Positions 50,714 to 64,000 of a stretch of DNA of 64,000 nt are shown here, piece after piece. The notes under the pieces were generated by a model. The model made no database searches and was not told where the DNA came from. It saw only the letters and a program-made list of their open reading frames with translations. The position numbers and the translations under genes are program-made. The number at the start of each line of letters is the position of its first letter. Position 1 is the first letter of the stretch. This DNA is from Chiloscyllium plagiosum (Eukaryota), in the NCBI RefSeq assembly GCF_004010195.1, contig NC_057720.1:12944932-13008931 (forward strand). Direction: 5' to 3'.

Positions 50714-50803
50714 GCTGAGCAGGAAATGCGGATTACTCAAAGTGAATTTGACCGCCAAGCAGAGATCACAAGACTTTTGCTTGAAGGAATTAGCAGCACT
50801 CAT
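50714..50803 (+). CDS. SH3GLB1: Endophilin B1 exon 8 (AEQEMRITQSEFDRQAEITRLLLEGISSTH)
   Basis: Pyrimidine tract plus tag acceptor, gtaagt donor, 90 nt. Confidence 0.97.
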
Positions 50804-51062
50804 GTAAGTTCCTCTAACCCTTATCAGTGGCCCTACTGAATTGCTTATTCATGTGCTGTCATCTCATCCAGTTGCCTGCTGATGTGCATTAACAGCCATT
50901 AGAGGAAACCTGACTGGTAATTACAGATACTATTTCACTCTAAACACATTAAACTGTCTCTTAACTTTTGGATGATTTTGAAAATCAATCTAATTTTCTG
51001 ATATAATGACCTTTTTGCCAGTATATCTTTTCCATTCTGCATTTTGTTTCTCTCTGCCACAG

Positions 51063-51163
51063 GCTCATCACCTTCGTTGTCTGCATGACTATGTTGATGC
51101 CCAATTGACATACTATGCTCAGTGTTACCAGTATATGGTTGACTTACAGAAGCAGCTTGGAAG
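51063..51163 (+). CDS. SH3GLB1: Endophilin B1 exon 9 (AHHLRCLHDYVDAQLTYYAQCYQYMVDLQKQLG)
   Basis: ctctgccacag acceptor, gtaata donor, 101 nt, end of the BAR domain. Confidence 0.97.
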
Positions 51164-51632
51164 GTAATAAAGCTTTTCAGTGGAAAAGAGCCTTTCTGCA
51201 GTAAATAATGGCTCATAACATCAAAGCAAGCTTAAGGATATTTAAATCTTTCCTGTATAGTTTAGCACAGAGCTACAGACAATTTTCCAAATTTTCAAAC
51301 CAATAAAGGTAATTGAGTGACTAAAATGATTTGGGGCTTCCTGATGTGTAATAGGAATATGAGTTCAAGTTTTCTTTTTCAAAAGAGTAGTGGTAAGTGA
51401 TTATCTTTCAGATTGGAGTTATAGTCAGGTTGCCAGGAGTCTGAATAGAACTACTGTTTTCCTCAGTCTATTTTAATGAGTCAAGACTTGATGTGAAAAT
51501 TTGCACATTGTGAACCAAGGGGTGGATAGTTATAGACCTCAAGAAGTAATAACCTGGAGGGATTGACAGACACGTGGCAGATGAAACTTAAACAACTCAG
51601 TGTTCTGCATTTAGAATGATGACAGGTAATAT

Positions 51633-53045
51633 AGAGTCATAGAGATGTGCAGCACAGCAAGAGACCTTGTGGCCCAACTTGTCCATACCAACCAGATATC
51701 CTATGTTAATCTAGTCCCATTTGCTAGCATATCCCTCTAAACCCTTCCTATTCATGTACCCATCCATATGCCTTTTAAATGTAATCGTACCAGCCTCCTT
51801 CACTTCCTGTGGTCGCTCATTCCATACACATACCATGCTCTATGTGAAAAAGTTTAAAATTTCCCCTCTCTCCTTAAATCTATGCCCTCTAGTTGTGGGC
51901 TTGCCCACCCTGGGGGAAAAAATACCTTGGCTATTCACCCTGTTCATGCCCCTCATGATTTCATAAACCATTAAAAGGTCACCTCTCAATCTCTGACTTT
52001 CCTAGGAAAATAGCCCCAGCCTATTCAGCCTCTCCCTGTAGCTCAAATACTCCAGTCCTGGCAACATCCTTGTAAATCTTTTCTGAACTCTTTGATGTTT
52101 CACAACGTCCTCTAGCAAGGAGACCAGAATTGCATGCAGTATTCCAAAAATGACCTAATCAGTGTCCTGTACAGCTGCAACATAACATCCCAACGCCTAT
52201 ACTCAATGCACTACCCTATAAAGGCAAGAGTACCAAATGCTGCCTTCACTACCCTGTCTTGCTGCGACTCCACATTTTCAAGGAAATATGACCCTGCATT
52301 CCATGGTCTCTTTGTTTGCAAGACTCCCCAGAACCTTAGCATTAAGTGTATACGTCCTGTCCTGATTTGCCTTATCAAGATGCAGCACCTCACATTTATC
52401 TAAATTAAACTCCATTTGCCACTCCTTGGCCCATGTAGAGCTTTGAGGTCATAGAGCCTAAAGGAGATCACCGAGATTGGGAGGGAGAGAGATGAGACCA
52501 CAGAGGGTGTTTGAAATACAATGATGTGAGTTTTAAAGTTCAGGGGAGCTAGAGTGGGAGCCAAAATTGATTTGTGAGAAAACAGGAGCAGGCCCTTCTG
52601 CCTGTTACGTCTGTGCTGACTGTGAAGCCCTTCTGATACAATCCCACCTGCCTGCATATGGTCTGTATCCCTATATTCCCTGCCTGTTTGCATGTGTCTA
52701 AATACCTCTTAAATATTGGTGACATATCTGCTTCTACTGCCACTTCCCCTGGCGACGTGTTCCAGACGTGTACCATCCTCTGTGCTTTTTTTTTAAGAAA
52801 AGAAGATTATCTCCCTTAAGTTTTTTGCCTGTCACCTTAAGCCTATCACCCTAATATTTTAACATTTCCATCATGGGGAGGAAAGATTCCACCCTATTCA
52901 TGCCACTCAGGTCACCCCTCAGCTTCTGATGCTGTAGTGAAAACAATCCAAGTTTGTCCAACCTCTTATTATAGCTAATACACTCCAATTCAGGCAACAT
53001 CCTGGTAAACCTCTTCTGCAACCTCTCCAAAGCCTCCATATCCAT
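51633..53045 (-). mobile_element. Two adjacent CR1 3' fragments (about 51633-52435 and 52570-53045)
   Basis: VVKAAFGTLAFIG and LERLQKRFTRMLP motifs. Confidence 0.82.
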
Positions 53046-54381
53046 CCAATAGTTCCTTTGGAATCATTTCTTCAGGTTCTCTCTTAAAAATAAAGGTACA
53101 CATATAGAGGGAACACCGTAACAGAGGGACTTCTATGCCTGTCTGCATGCACTCAAATCACTGAGGGTGGCACAGGGCAGGTTGAGAAAGTTGTGACTAA
53201 AGTTTATGGAACTCTGCACTTAAATAGAGGCAGAATACAAAAGCAAAGACATTGTGGTGAACTTTTATAAAACACTGATTTGACCACAGCTGGAATATTA
53301 CATCCAATTCTGATTACTACAGAAAGCTCATGAAGGTGTTTGAGAGAGTGCAGAAAAGATATATGTGAATGATTTCAGGCAAAGATGAAGAAGCTGGGAT
53401 TTTTCCTTCTCTCAGAAAGAGGATCTGAAAAACATGCATCAACATTAATTTTTGTTTACATTATTTTTGCCTATTTAATTTGTAACATGGTATAGAATCT
53501 ATTCCTTCCTTGTGGTGATAACTATTACACATTGGTGACAAGTTAGATATCATTAGATCTGCCCAGACCAGGTTTGATAGAGGTAATTATAACCGTGATG
53601 CATCTGTACAAAGTACCTAAGGAGAAAGTGTTCTCATTAGTGGAAGGGATAGAACCAGAAGATATCAAATTAAGATGAATGGTACATGAATGAAAGATAA
53701 CATGAATTAAAATCTGGAATACACTTCTGGGGGCTGGTATGGAGGCAGATTTAATCATGGCTTTCTCTAAAACAAGTAGAGCAATTATCCAAAAGGAGCG
53801 AATATGTAGAACTAGAAAGAAAGGGAGGAAGGGATAGGTGGATAAAAGCAATTACTGCAGATGCTGGAATCTGAAACCAAAAGAGAAAATGCTGGAAAAT
53901 CTCAACAGGCCTGACAGCATCTGTAAGGAGGGAAAAGAGCTGACGTTTCGAGTCTAACTGACCCTTTGTCAAAGCTAAAAAAAAGGGAGAAATAGGGAGG
54001 TATTTATACTAGGCTGAGAAAAGATGAGTTATGGCTCCAGAAGCAAAGGTAGCAATAAAGAGGAGAGTTGGACTGGGCAGCTCAATGACATTCACTGGAG
54101 TGAAGCTTTTTAATGCTTAACCTGTTACCTGTGTGTTATGGTTACCACCACGAAAAAGGAATGCATTCTATGCCATGTTGCAAATTACATTGTTTTTACC
54201 TATGTTAATTGATTTTAATACATGTTTTTTGGTAATGTCACCAATCTCTCCTTCACTTACATTTTACGGTAGGTGCCAGAATGAAAACCTAATATTAAAA
54301 GGAGGTGACATATGACCTAGAGATTAGATCTAGAAATTGCTGTTCTATGAATTAAAACTTAATTATTTTTATTGTTTTCAG

Positions 54382-54604
54382 TTTTCCAACCACATTTTCT
54401 TCCAACAACAATCAGACAGCTTCAGCTTCCCTTTCACCAAGCACTGTGCCAAGTTCTGCATCTTCCATCCCGCTGAGCATACCGAACTGTCCAGTACCCA
54501 GTAGTAATGATTATAAAGTGGCATCCAGTGGTACCAGAAAGGCACGGGTGTTGTATGATTATGATGCTGCAGACAGTAATGAGTTGTCACTTCTGGCTGA
54601 TGAG
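54382..54604 (+). CDS. SH3GLB1: Endophilin B1 exon 10 (Ser/Pro-rich linker and SH3 start RKARVLYDYDAADSNELSLLADE)
   Basis: ttgttttcag acceptor, gtatgc donor, 223 nt, open throughout. Confidence 0.97.
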
Positions 54605-57161
54605 GTATGCCATAAAGTGTCCAAATGTTTGTTTTAAAAGAAAAGTTTTCCTAATAATACAGTCAAATTATGTTCATTATTTATAGATTTCCCCTGAATT
54701 GGCTATGGAGACACAATAATCAGATTCACAACATGCCTCCTCTGACTGGGAGGTTATGGAAAGAGATGTTTCCTCTTTGAGAATCTAGAGCTAAATGGCA
54801 CTATTTAAAAAATAGGTGCTTGTGCAATGAGAACAGATGAGAAATGCTTTCTTGCAGAAGCCGAAATGTATTTGGAGCTCTTCCTCAAAAAATGGTGGAA
54901 TAAGAGTCTTTGAATGTTTTTAAGACTGAAGTAGATATTTTCTTGGTAAGTAAGGGAATGAAAGGTTATCATGAGTAGGCAGGAATGTGGAGTAATCAGG
55001 CAGGCCGTTATAGATTTGAATAGCTGAGTTGCCGACTCCTCCTATATCTGTATATATTCAACAGTTGTGTTTATGAATCCACAGTCTCATTGAATAGAGG
55101 TTTCTGGATTCCCTTATCTTAGTGTTTCTGTTTTTAATACTTAACTCATCTATCTTGTGCCATAGAGTTTGGTCTTTCATATTTCCAAGTGGCCGTTATT
55201 TATTAGAAAATGGGTATTGACCTCTTCCTTTGTTTCTCTTTCTAATACGAGGTTGCTGAGATCATTTTTGGCATGCACTCTATTTGAAGGTTTCTAAGGT
55301 CTTGTTGGTCTGTGTGGATCAGCTACTTAATGTCTTATTCAGCCGAAGCATCAAGGAACTAAGTGATTTAAATTGATCAAACATTTTTGACCATATTATG
55401 CGTCTATTGTTCAGGATTGGAGAGCAATCAAAATATGAAGAACAATTACTGAAATAGAATCAGGGGCCTAGAGGTAATAAGCAGTTCAAGCTGGTTTGGA
55501 GTTGAAGTCCTTAACTGGATATTCCTTGGACTTTTTTTTTCACTACAAATAGCTCCCCAATTTCTTTCTCTCCTATTTTAAACTCAATGTGATGAACGTT
55601 TATTGGAGCTAATTTGAGAATTCCCATGCAATGCTATAAATTTTACTTCAGCTTTGTGCATTTGAGCCATTTTATTGAATTAAACACTCAAAGCTCCACT
55701 TAAGTAGTACCTTATGTTACCTGCTTTGTATAGTTAAGTGTGGTGTAGAGTAAAACTTGAGATTAACAGCATGTTTACTTTCTCAGTGAGACCTGAGTGC
55801 TTGTAACTGAAGTAATGGGGACTATTCAGTTTGAAATGATACTTCAGCATAAGCTGATGTACACACAATTGCATTTATAGTTTGAATGCTGAAGAGCAAA
55901 GACAATTTGAACCTAATTATTGATCTAGTCTGTTATTCCATTTCCAATTTTAAAAGCATGTGGATATTAAGTACTTGAACTGAATTTTGCCTGTTTCCAG
56001 TAAACTGCAATTTTATTCCAAAACACTCAATTTCACTTCTGGTTACAGTTCGGTGGCTCAGAATCCTAATTTAGAGAGCTACGTTTTAAGTGTGTCCTCA
56101 CCTGCCTGTCCCCTTTACACTTGAGCACAGCCACCATCTTCTCAAGGTACTATATGCCAAGAAGGAATATTAAAACAAAATCTCCTCTGTGTTAAACCTA
56201 AACTTTGGGAATTGAGCTTCTTGGCACTCTTGCTCCAGTAAAGCACCAAAAACTTTATAGTGCTTTTAGCATGGAAAATGGACCGGATCAAGCAGGAAAT
56301 AAAAATGAGGAGAAACGCAGGAATGACCACTAAGCCATGGAAGGATCCTTAAGAAATGAGAGAGAGAGAGGCAGAGAGGTTTAGACATGATGTTAAAGAG
56401 AGTCGTACCAAAATAGGTGAAGGTCTATTACTAGTCAAGGGCCAAAGAGAAATGGGACTGTATAGAAGACCAGAGTCTGGAGATGTAAGCATGCCAAAGT
56501 GATAAATTTCTTTGAGGGCCAGAGTGATTGGATGAGCAAGACAGAAAAGCAACATGTGAGCTTTGTAGCTTTGTGAAGCTGAAAATGGCATTAGAATGTG
56601 AAGATGGCATTAAAGAATTTGAGCTGGTGACAAGTGAATGAGCAATGTGTTGTGGAATTGTGGAAAAGACTGTAAGGTGGATCTGGGCATGAGTTACATT
56701 GATTTAGGATGTGTGGTCTGAAGGTCAGCAGTAAGTCATCATGATCTAGTTCAGCTTGGCCAAGAGACTGAGTTATGGTGGAATTGATGGTTATTTGTAT
56801 GATCTATTACTGTTGAGAGGATGGAGTGGGAGATTCTGGTGCATTATCAGAATAGCTTGAAACGGAACCTGTTTTTTCAAATACTTTTTAATGGAAATAT
56901 TATGCTGCCATCAGTGCTTTATACAAATATTTGTTTTGTAATATATTCACCTTCACACCATGGCATGTCCTGACATTTACAGTAGAATATAGTTTTAATT
57001 CCTGTCCTGTAGTTTAGTTGGTTCTCTCCACTTGTACCCTCCTTTCCTCTTCAGTCATCTATTTTCCTCTCACTTTCCATTATTTTCATTTTCACTCCTG
57101 TCAGCTTCTCCTCCCACCCCTCCTTTGCCACAGCTAGTAATAGATCTGGTTTCTGTTTCAG

Positions 57162-57269
57162 GTCATAACAGTTTATAGTCTGCCGGGAATGGATTCTGAC
57201 TGGTTAATGGGTGAAAGAGGAAATCAGAAGGGAAAAGTCCCAATTACGTATTTGGAGCTGCTAAATTGA
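57162..57269 (+). CDS. SH3GLB1: Endophilin B1 last coding exon (VITVYSLPGMDSDWLMGERGNQKGKVPITYLELLN*)
   Basis: ctgtttcag acceptor; SH3 C-terminal half; TGA at 57267-57269. Confidence 0.97.
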   Translation, partial: VITVYSLPGMDSDWLMGERGNQKGKVPITYLELLN

Positions 57270-57760
57270 ATATGTGACAACCTGAGCCTTTCATATTGGT
57301 TGTAATTGCAATGTATTTAATTACAGCTACCATTGTATAAAGCAGTTTATGAAATGTCTTCCATGCAACGTGTCTCTGAAATGTTAGGGATCAGTTGAAT
57401 TCCGTGAATGGCAAAAGTTGCATGTTGCACTCATTAAAGCAAGTATATAAGCCCTTGCTTTTGAAAACTTTGAATATTTTTGTGCCATGAATATTATTTG
57501 CTCAACAATAACAGCTTCATTTTCTATTTAATATTTCATTAAAATAACTTTCATACTTTAGTGGTTGAAAATGCATTTCTTAATTAAACCAACTTGAATA
57601 CAAAGTCCCAGTATTTCTAAAACTTTATTACCAGAAAAATGGAATTCAGCTTATAAATTACATGTGCTTGATTAAATGTTAAAACTGATGTACAGCATTG
57701 CCAAAATAAAACAAATTGTGAAAAATTGTGTTTTTATTATTTAAGTGTATATTTTGAAGC
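57270..57760 (+). terminator. SH3GLB1: 3' UTR with poly(A) signal AATAAA at 57705-57710
   Basis: AATAAA preceded by TGTA (about 57689) and followed by a T/GT-rich tract; several upstream ATTAAA variants; a longer UTR cannot be excluded. Confidence 0.65.
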
Positions 57761-58849
57761 TGTGTGTATATTCACTGCTGTACTATATAGTTGGTGAACT
57801 TATGAGACTATGTGAATTAGATGGAAATATTCAGTAGACCACATAAGATTTCTCCTGCATTGACGTCTTCCGCCCTTCGTTTTGTATTGTAGAAAGTCTC
57901 TTTCGGTACATGGCTGGCTGGCTCATTTTAAGAGGACACACTTTATGGTGTTTTCCTCCAGCTGGCTTCACCAACCTGTTGTTGACTCTAGCTCCAGAGA
58001 TATGCTGCTATGAGCCTGAATATTTGACCTTGCAATAGCCACTTCAAGCATCACCAGACATTGAGAGCCTTTCCACATTAATGCTACAGATTTCACTTGC
58101 TGGCAGTTCTGCAATGCACCTGTCAAAAAGATAAGTTTTCTTTCAAACTTAAGCTCCAGGATCAAAACATTGCATTCAACGCACTTTTTTAAAAAAAATG
58201 TCAGGAGCATGCGGTCCTCCAGAGTTACCAGTGCTATCTCTGATGGTCTCAGAACCTTGTGATGGACAGGAGGTAACATAGGATTGCTGGGCGCTCTGGT
58301 CAGTGATACTCAAAATAGTGTGTCAAGCCTGAAGACTGTGTAAGACCCAGCAACAGAAGATAATTGGATGTGACTGTGGGGCATAAATTTAATGTTTATT
58401 AAGTTTAGTTTTGTTTGTTAAGTTTATCTTTGTGAAGTTTATTTTTATTAATGTTTATTAAGTTTATTTTGATTCATCAAGTATATTTTTGATGTTGCTT
58501 CAGTTTCTGTTTTGCAATTGTAATAGATTTTAAACATAAATTGTCACCTTTTCCCTTTTGGCAGCACCTTCCAACCCCGTGACCTTATCTTTTAGAAAGA
58601 CGAGGGCAGCAAATGACCAAGGGTGGAATGGACCTCTGTCTGTCATTCCTTCATTGTGGATGTTAAAATTCTGGAACTGTCTAACAGCACTCTATGTCTG
58701 CCTACACTGTGTGGACTGCAGTGATTCAATGAGAGAGCTTGCCAACATTACCTCAATGAGCACTTAAGGATGGGCTGAAAATGTTGGCCTTGCCAGTGAC
58801 ACACATCCCATATATATATATATATACACACACAAGTATATTAGACACA

Positions 58850-60240
58850 AATCCACTCCCATCTTAACTGCAAATTCTTGTGTGAAGTGTTGTTTTGGTT
58901 CTCCAAAGGAGGTCTGATTGGAAGGACACAAAGTCACTAATTGCATTCTATGTGATTGAGACAAAGGTGATATTTCACTCCTCACCCTTTTTGACTTGTC
59001 TACAATCTTTGATGAAGTCATTAGCTTTGCTCCTTCAATAACTCTTCATTGTTCATTTGGGTGGGGTTGTTCTCACTTGGTTCTACTCTAAATGTAACCA
59101 GTGAATCATTTGCAATCCCACGCTCTGACTTACTGCCCCCCTCAATGACCGGCCCTCTACTACTTCTCTCAACATTGTCCTCCCTTACTGACATCATCTG
59201 AAAGTATAGTATTGGCTTTCCCGTGTGCACTGACAACACCCAGCATCATCTCCCTCAAACACTCCATTTGCTAAGTTATCTATATCTAATATCCAGTACT
59301 GACGAGCAGATATTACCCTCCAGTTAAATATTAGGAAGGCCTCAACCTTTTTCTGATCCAAGCTCCATTTCCCAACAGCAGCCTGGGTTTGAGACTGTCT
59401 GTTTGCAGACTGTGTCACGTTAACCAGTGGGCGGCACGGTGGTATAGTGGTTAGCACTGCTGCCTCACAGCGCCAGAGACCCGGGTTCAATTCCCGCCTC
59501 AGGCGACTGTCTGTGTGGAGTTTGCACATTCTCCCCGCGTCTGCGTAGGTTTCCTCCGGGTGCTCTGGTTTCCTCCCACAGTCCAAAAATGTGCAGGTTG
59601 AGTGAATTGGCCATGCTAAATTGCCCGTAGCGTTAGGTATAGGGGAATGGGTTTGGGTGGGTTGCGCTTCGGCGGGTTGGTGTGGACTTGTTGGGCCAAA
59701 GGGCCTGTTTCCACACTGTAAGTAATCTAATCTAATCTAACCCTGCGGTAAACTTCAGACCTCGTCTTTGTGCCATTATTAGATGCAGCCTACTTCTACC
59801 TCCTTAATTGCCCTGTTGGCTTCCACATTCTATCCTCACATAAACTCAGGTGATTGCACCAAATGACACTCCAAATGTTCACTGAGCTACATTGGTTCCT
59901 GGTCAGGAATGGGTGGATCTTGAAATTATCATCTTTATTTTCATATCCTTTCACAACCTCATCCCTCATTATAGCCATAAATTCATCCAGCCTCAGAACC
60001 CTCCTATATCTCCAGTTTCTATCTCCTGAGCATTGTGGATTTCAATTGGTTTTCCCTCCAGTTGCCTCAGTCCCAATTTCTGGAATACTCTACACTCCTC
60101 CACATTTTTACATTGCTTTCATCTTTGAGGCACTCTCCAAAGTCTACCCCTTCAACCAAGTTTATAATTCATCTCGACTAATATTTCCTTATGTTGCTCA
60201 GTGTCATGTTTTGTCTAATGCACCTGCGAAGGGCAATCAC
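58850..60240 (+). mobile_element. Old L2-type LINE remnant with a nested V-SINE (59429-59740)
   Basis: LLTLFDLSTIFD and TDNTQH remnants; intact SINE with A and B boxes and (AATCT)n tail. Confidence 0.65.
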
Positions 60241-60252
60241 ATCACCTTTAAT

Positions 60253-60463
60253 GTTAAAAATCACACAATACCAGGTTATAGTCCAACAGGTTTATTTGGA
60301 AGCACTAGCTTTCGAAGTGCTGCTGCTTCATCAGGAACCACCTTATGAAGGAGCAGTGCTCTGAAAGCTAGCACTTCCGAATAAACCTGTTAGACTATAA
60401 CCTGTTGTTGTGTGATTTTTAACTTTGTCCACCCCAGTCCAACACCAGCTCCTCCAAATCATG
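60253..60463. mobile_element. Palindromic element with two inverted hammerhead-like cores
   Basis: About 83-bp inverted arms (60253-60335 and 60341-60423); flanking direct repeat ATCACCYTTAATGT at 60241 and 60464. Confidence 0.8.
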
Positions 60464-61664
60464 ATCACCCTTAATGTAAGAGTTGGGGACGTTGTCACTC
60501 TAATTGTGAAGAAGAATCACATTCGAGTTAACATTAACTGTTTTCCTTCCCACAGATACTGTTGGGCCTGCTGAGTTTCTCCAGTATTTTGTTTTTCATA
60601 TTTCCAGTGTCTGCAATATTTTGCTTTTAGTTTTTACTTTGTTACTCTTCAGATCTCATTGCAGCCTCCTCCAGTCAAATAGTGAAGGGCAATGTTGGGT
60701 GCACCGATGTCAACAGTGCAAATTATCTGACAGGGCCTGACCTAATTCTGGAAAAAAATGAAATTTGCTCAAAGGGTTTCATCTTCTCAACTGCTCAAAC
60801 GTTGCACTGACAGATATCAAACTGCCACCCCTTTCTTCCCCCCCCACCCCATCCCTGCCATTATACACACTTCATTAATTGTGTTCTTTCAGCACCTTTT
60901 GCAATCTACCTGAGAATTGAATCATTTCAAGTGGTTGTTAGATTGTGCTTTCTTAAGCACTTGAATTTTATTAAAAGCAGAAAGGGGGAATGTTTGCATT
61001 CTAGCGGTATCTGTGGGAGACTGAATAGAGTTTGCATTTTGGCTCTGATTTGATTTGATTATTGTCACGTACTGATGTACAGTGACCAGTTTTGTTTTGC
61101 ATGCAGCGCAGGCCATGAATACCATACAAGGTGCATAAGGATTTTAGAGCGAGGAATACAATGTTAGGGCCGCAGAGAAGTATGCAAAGGGTGAGATCAA
61201 ATTAAATTTTAAAATTTTGTGTAATGTAACCCTGTTTAAAACCCACAGTTCAGTCTTTTATTTAGTCAAGTGGGAGATGTCATCAGATCACTTTGGCAGC
61301 ACATTGGTAAGTTTTTGGGGGGTATGTCTGAGATAATATTGTTCCTCTAATCCTGATGCAGCTAAATGTTAATATTGATTGATACTAAATCAATTGTCAG
61401 TTATAAAATCTCACTATGTTCTTTAGGAATAGAAATCTGACATCCTTACTTGGGCTTTTAAATTTCCTTTGAGGCACTTGGAGAATGGCTCACAAATGCT
61501 GGCCTTGCTGTCTCTCTGCTCCATCCATGAAAGAGTTTATTTTGATTAAAGGTGGGGTTAAGTTACAGGTCAGCCATGATGTGAACAGGTTCAAGGTACT
61601 GAATGGTCTTGGTCATGCAAGTGCTGTGGGGAAGGTCAGAGATCAGATTAGAAAAATACATTGA

Positions 61665-61990
61665 AAAATACAGCGCAGTACAGGCCCTTTGGCCCTCGAT
61701 GTTGCGCCGATCCAAGCCCATCTAACCTACACTAGCCCACTATCCTCCATATGCCTATCCAATGCCCGTTTAAATGCCCATAAAGAGGGCATTGCTACAG
61801 GCAGGGCATTCCGTCAACTCACGACTCTGAGTAAAGAATCTACCCCTAACATCTGTCCTATACCTACCACCCTTTAATTTAAAACTATGCCCCCTCGTAA
61901 TAGCCGACAACATGACCTCAGGGCTCCGGAACTCAATTCCTCTACCAATAAAAGCCAGGACGCCATATGCCTTCATTACCGCACTATTTA
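61665..61990 (-). mobile_element. Internally deleted copy of the young CR1 family seen at 1-745
   Basis: KAYGVLAFIGRGIEFRS fused to AITRGHSFKLKGGRYRTDVR. Confidence 0.88.
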
Positions 61991-62745
61991 CCATAGGAAA
62001 GTTACTGCACAGAAAGAGGCCATTCAGTATGTTATGTCTCTGATTACCAGCACTTGGTCTGGTACCAGCACCTTGCAGGTTACAACAGTTCAGGTGCAGA
62101 GTAAGATTCCTTTTGAGAGACGAGAAATTCAGACTTTATTCCAAAACTGAGCACCCACCACCCTCTGGGTGAAATGGTTTCTGTGGAATGTCTCAGGAAT
62201 ACCAGAAACTACAGCTTTCTGACTCTGAGGTACGAATTCTGTTAACTGAACCAAAGCTGAGACTAAGAAGTCAATCAAAGAACAGTAAGGTGGCTTTCAA
62301 AAATAAACATCCATTTTACAAATGCACAGTTAAAAGATGCATTGCAAAAATTTACCAAGGCTCTTTAGCCAACACCTTACAATCACACAGGAGATGCCAT
62401 CCAGAAGGTTGAGGGTGGCTGAGGTAGGCAAATTTTGTTATGCAAAGGTATTAAGGGATTATGGGCCTAAATCAGATATGTGGAGTTAGGCCACAGATCA
62501 TCTGTGATCCCGTGGAATGGGCTCAAAGGGCTGAATAGCCTACTCCTGTTTCTGGATATATGGGAACACCACTCCCTGAAAGTTATTATCCAAGCCACTT
62601 ACCTTTCTGACTTAGAAATGTCTTGCTGTGCTTTCAGGGCTGCTGGGTTAAAAAAAAATCCTGGTACTCTATCCTTGACACCATTGTTTGTCTAATGACC
62701 GCACGCAACCTACAGAGATTCACGAAGGCAGCTCATCATCATGTG

Positions 62746-63021
62746 CGGCACGGTGGCACAGTGGTTAGCACTGCTGCCTCACAGCGCCAGAGACCCGGGT
62801 TCAATTCCCGACTGTGTGGAGTTTGCACATTCTCCCCGTGTCTGCGTGGGCTTTCTCCGGGTGCTCCGGTTTCCTCCCACAGTCACAAAGATGTGCAGGT
62901 CAGGTGAATTGGCCACGCTAAATTGCCCCTAGTGTTAGGTAAAGGGGTAAATGTAGGGGAATGGGTGGGTTGCGCTTTAGCCGAAGGGCCTGTTTCCACA
63001 CTGTAAGTAATCTAATCTAAT
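62746..63021 (+). mobile_element. V-SINE (HE1-like)
   Basis: A and B boxes, V-domain core, (AATCT)n tail. Confidence 0.87.
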
Positions 63022-64000
63022 CATATCATCTTCCCAAGGGCGAATAGGGATCACAACAAAAGCCTTAGGAGATCAAACAATTGGATCATTGGAATGTAAT
63101 CTCCACAATTAAATCAGGACTGTTGTGTATATGTCCTTCTATGTTCTGTATTAACACAAAACTGGTAATGGAGAACTTCATGCCTAACTTTCTCTGTTGA
63201 ACTCACTTCCAATCCTTGAAATAAAGAGTTAATCTACCAAATCAGGATTACTGTAGCACACAACCAACTGCAGAAGCTTTCAGCTTGAACTTTATTAGAA
63301 ACTACCACAGTATTTATGCAGCAGAGTCAAAATGATGAACATTTCCTTCCCGTGTCTGTGTCGCAGTATGATCTAAGGTGTGTAGTGCATAAATATTAAA
63401 GTTTATTTTATTAAATCAACCATTTTGGACATGGGGACTTGAATCCCAGACCTTTCAGTCCAGGGCCATTACCACCACCATTGGACCCCCAAGATTGACA
63501 GAACAGACTGGAATCTTATTGATTGGTGTGCGATTACTTCATTGCTGTTGTTGACCCTAGTGCAGGGAAATGGTAACATGAGGCATTTTTTGCAGAGAAG
63601 TAGAGTTCTGTAAATGTTAAGGCCTCCTGCCATAAAGCTAGGGACATACCACTGTGCCACAGGTCCTTCGCTTTCCCTGTTTTCGTTGGTTTGCGAAATT
63701 GAGATAGAATAAGTGGTCCCTGCTTGAGTCCATTTCAAAAACATCAGGCACCAGGCTATTGCAGGCTTTTTATTAAATAGTGACAGATCCTGTTGCACCA
63801 GTTATAGTCACCAGATGGTAGCACTAATAATGAAATAGATCAAGGCCCCAATGTGCATTAGAGATGGAAGATTTTTTAGGTCAAATCGCAACATCGAGGG
63901 AACACTGAAGAGAAGGCTCTTTTCTGGTCAGTGGTTTGGGTGCAGAGTATACCAGAGACAAACTCAAAGAATGACTCAGTTGAAAACAGAGTGCAGAACC

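Noticed and set aside
17799..57269. Alternative assignment to the paralog SH3GLB2
   Set aside because: FNVKKLAA.AGTFLSRAVQ, the VPITYLELLN C-terminus and the exon 6/7 inserts match SH3GLB1
57780..64000. 3' end of a downstream gene such as SELENOF, or a SECIS element
   Set aside because: No recognisable exon or SECIS core seen; the region is mostly repeats

Overview
Vertebrate genomic DNA, very likely a shark or other elasmobranch (inferred from HE1/V-SINE-type SINEs with (AATCT)n tails, dense CR1 LINEs and Penelope-like elements). It holds one complete protein-coding gene on the + strand, SH3GLB1 (endophilin B1/Bif-1). I reconstructed it by hand: 9 constitutive coding exons from ATG 17799 to TGA 57269 (1083 nt, 360 aa, N-BAR plus SH3), the alternative exon 6 with short and long donors (45914-45952 or 46000), and a 24-nt microexon 7 (49103-49126). 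The promoter is a CpG-rich array with 16 co-oriented ATTGG (inverted CCAAT) boxes, partly built from a 61-bp tandem unit. The rest is mostly nested transposon debris: CR1, L2, Penelope-like GIY-YIG elements, SINEs, solo LTRs with TSDs, and short palindromic elements with hammerhead-ribozyme cores. There is one assembly gap (43536-43880). I found no unambiguous new multi-gene system. The best leads are the promoter array, the palindromic hammerhead elements, an intronic 25-bp hairpin, a possible H/ACA-like RNA, and Ala in place of the Cdk5 site Thr145. TE boundaries are approximate unless a TSD is cited. Comparisons with human sequences are from memory, not from a search.
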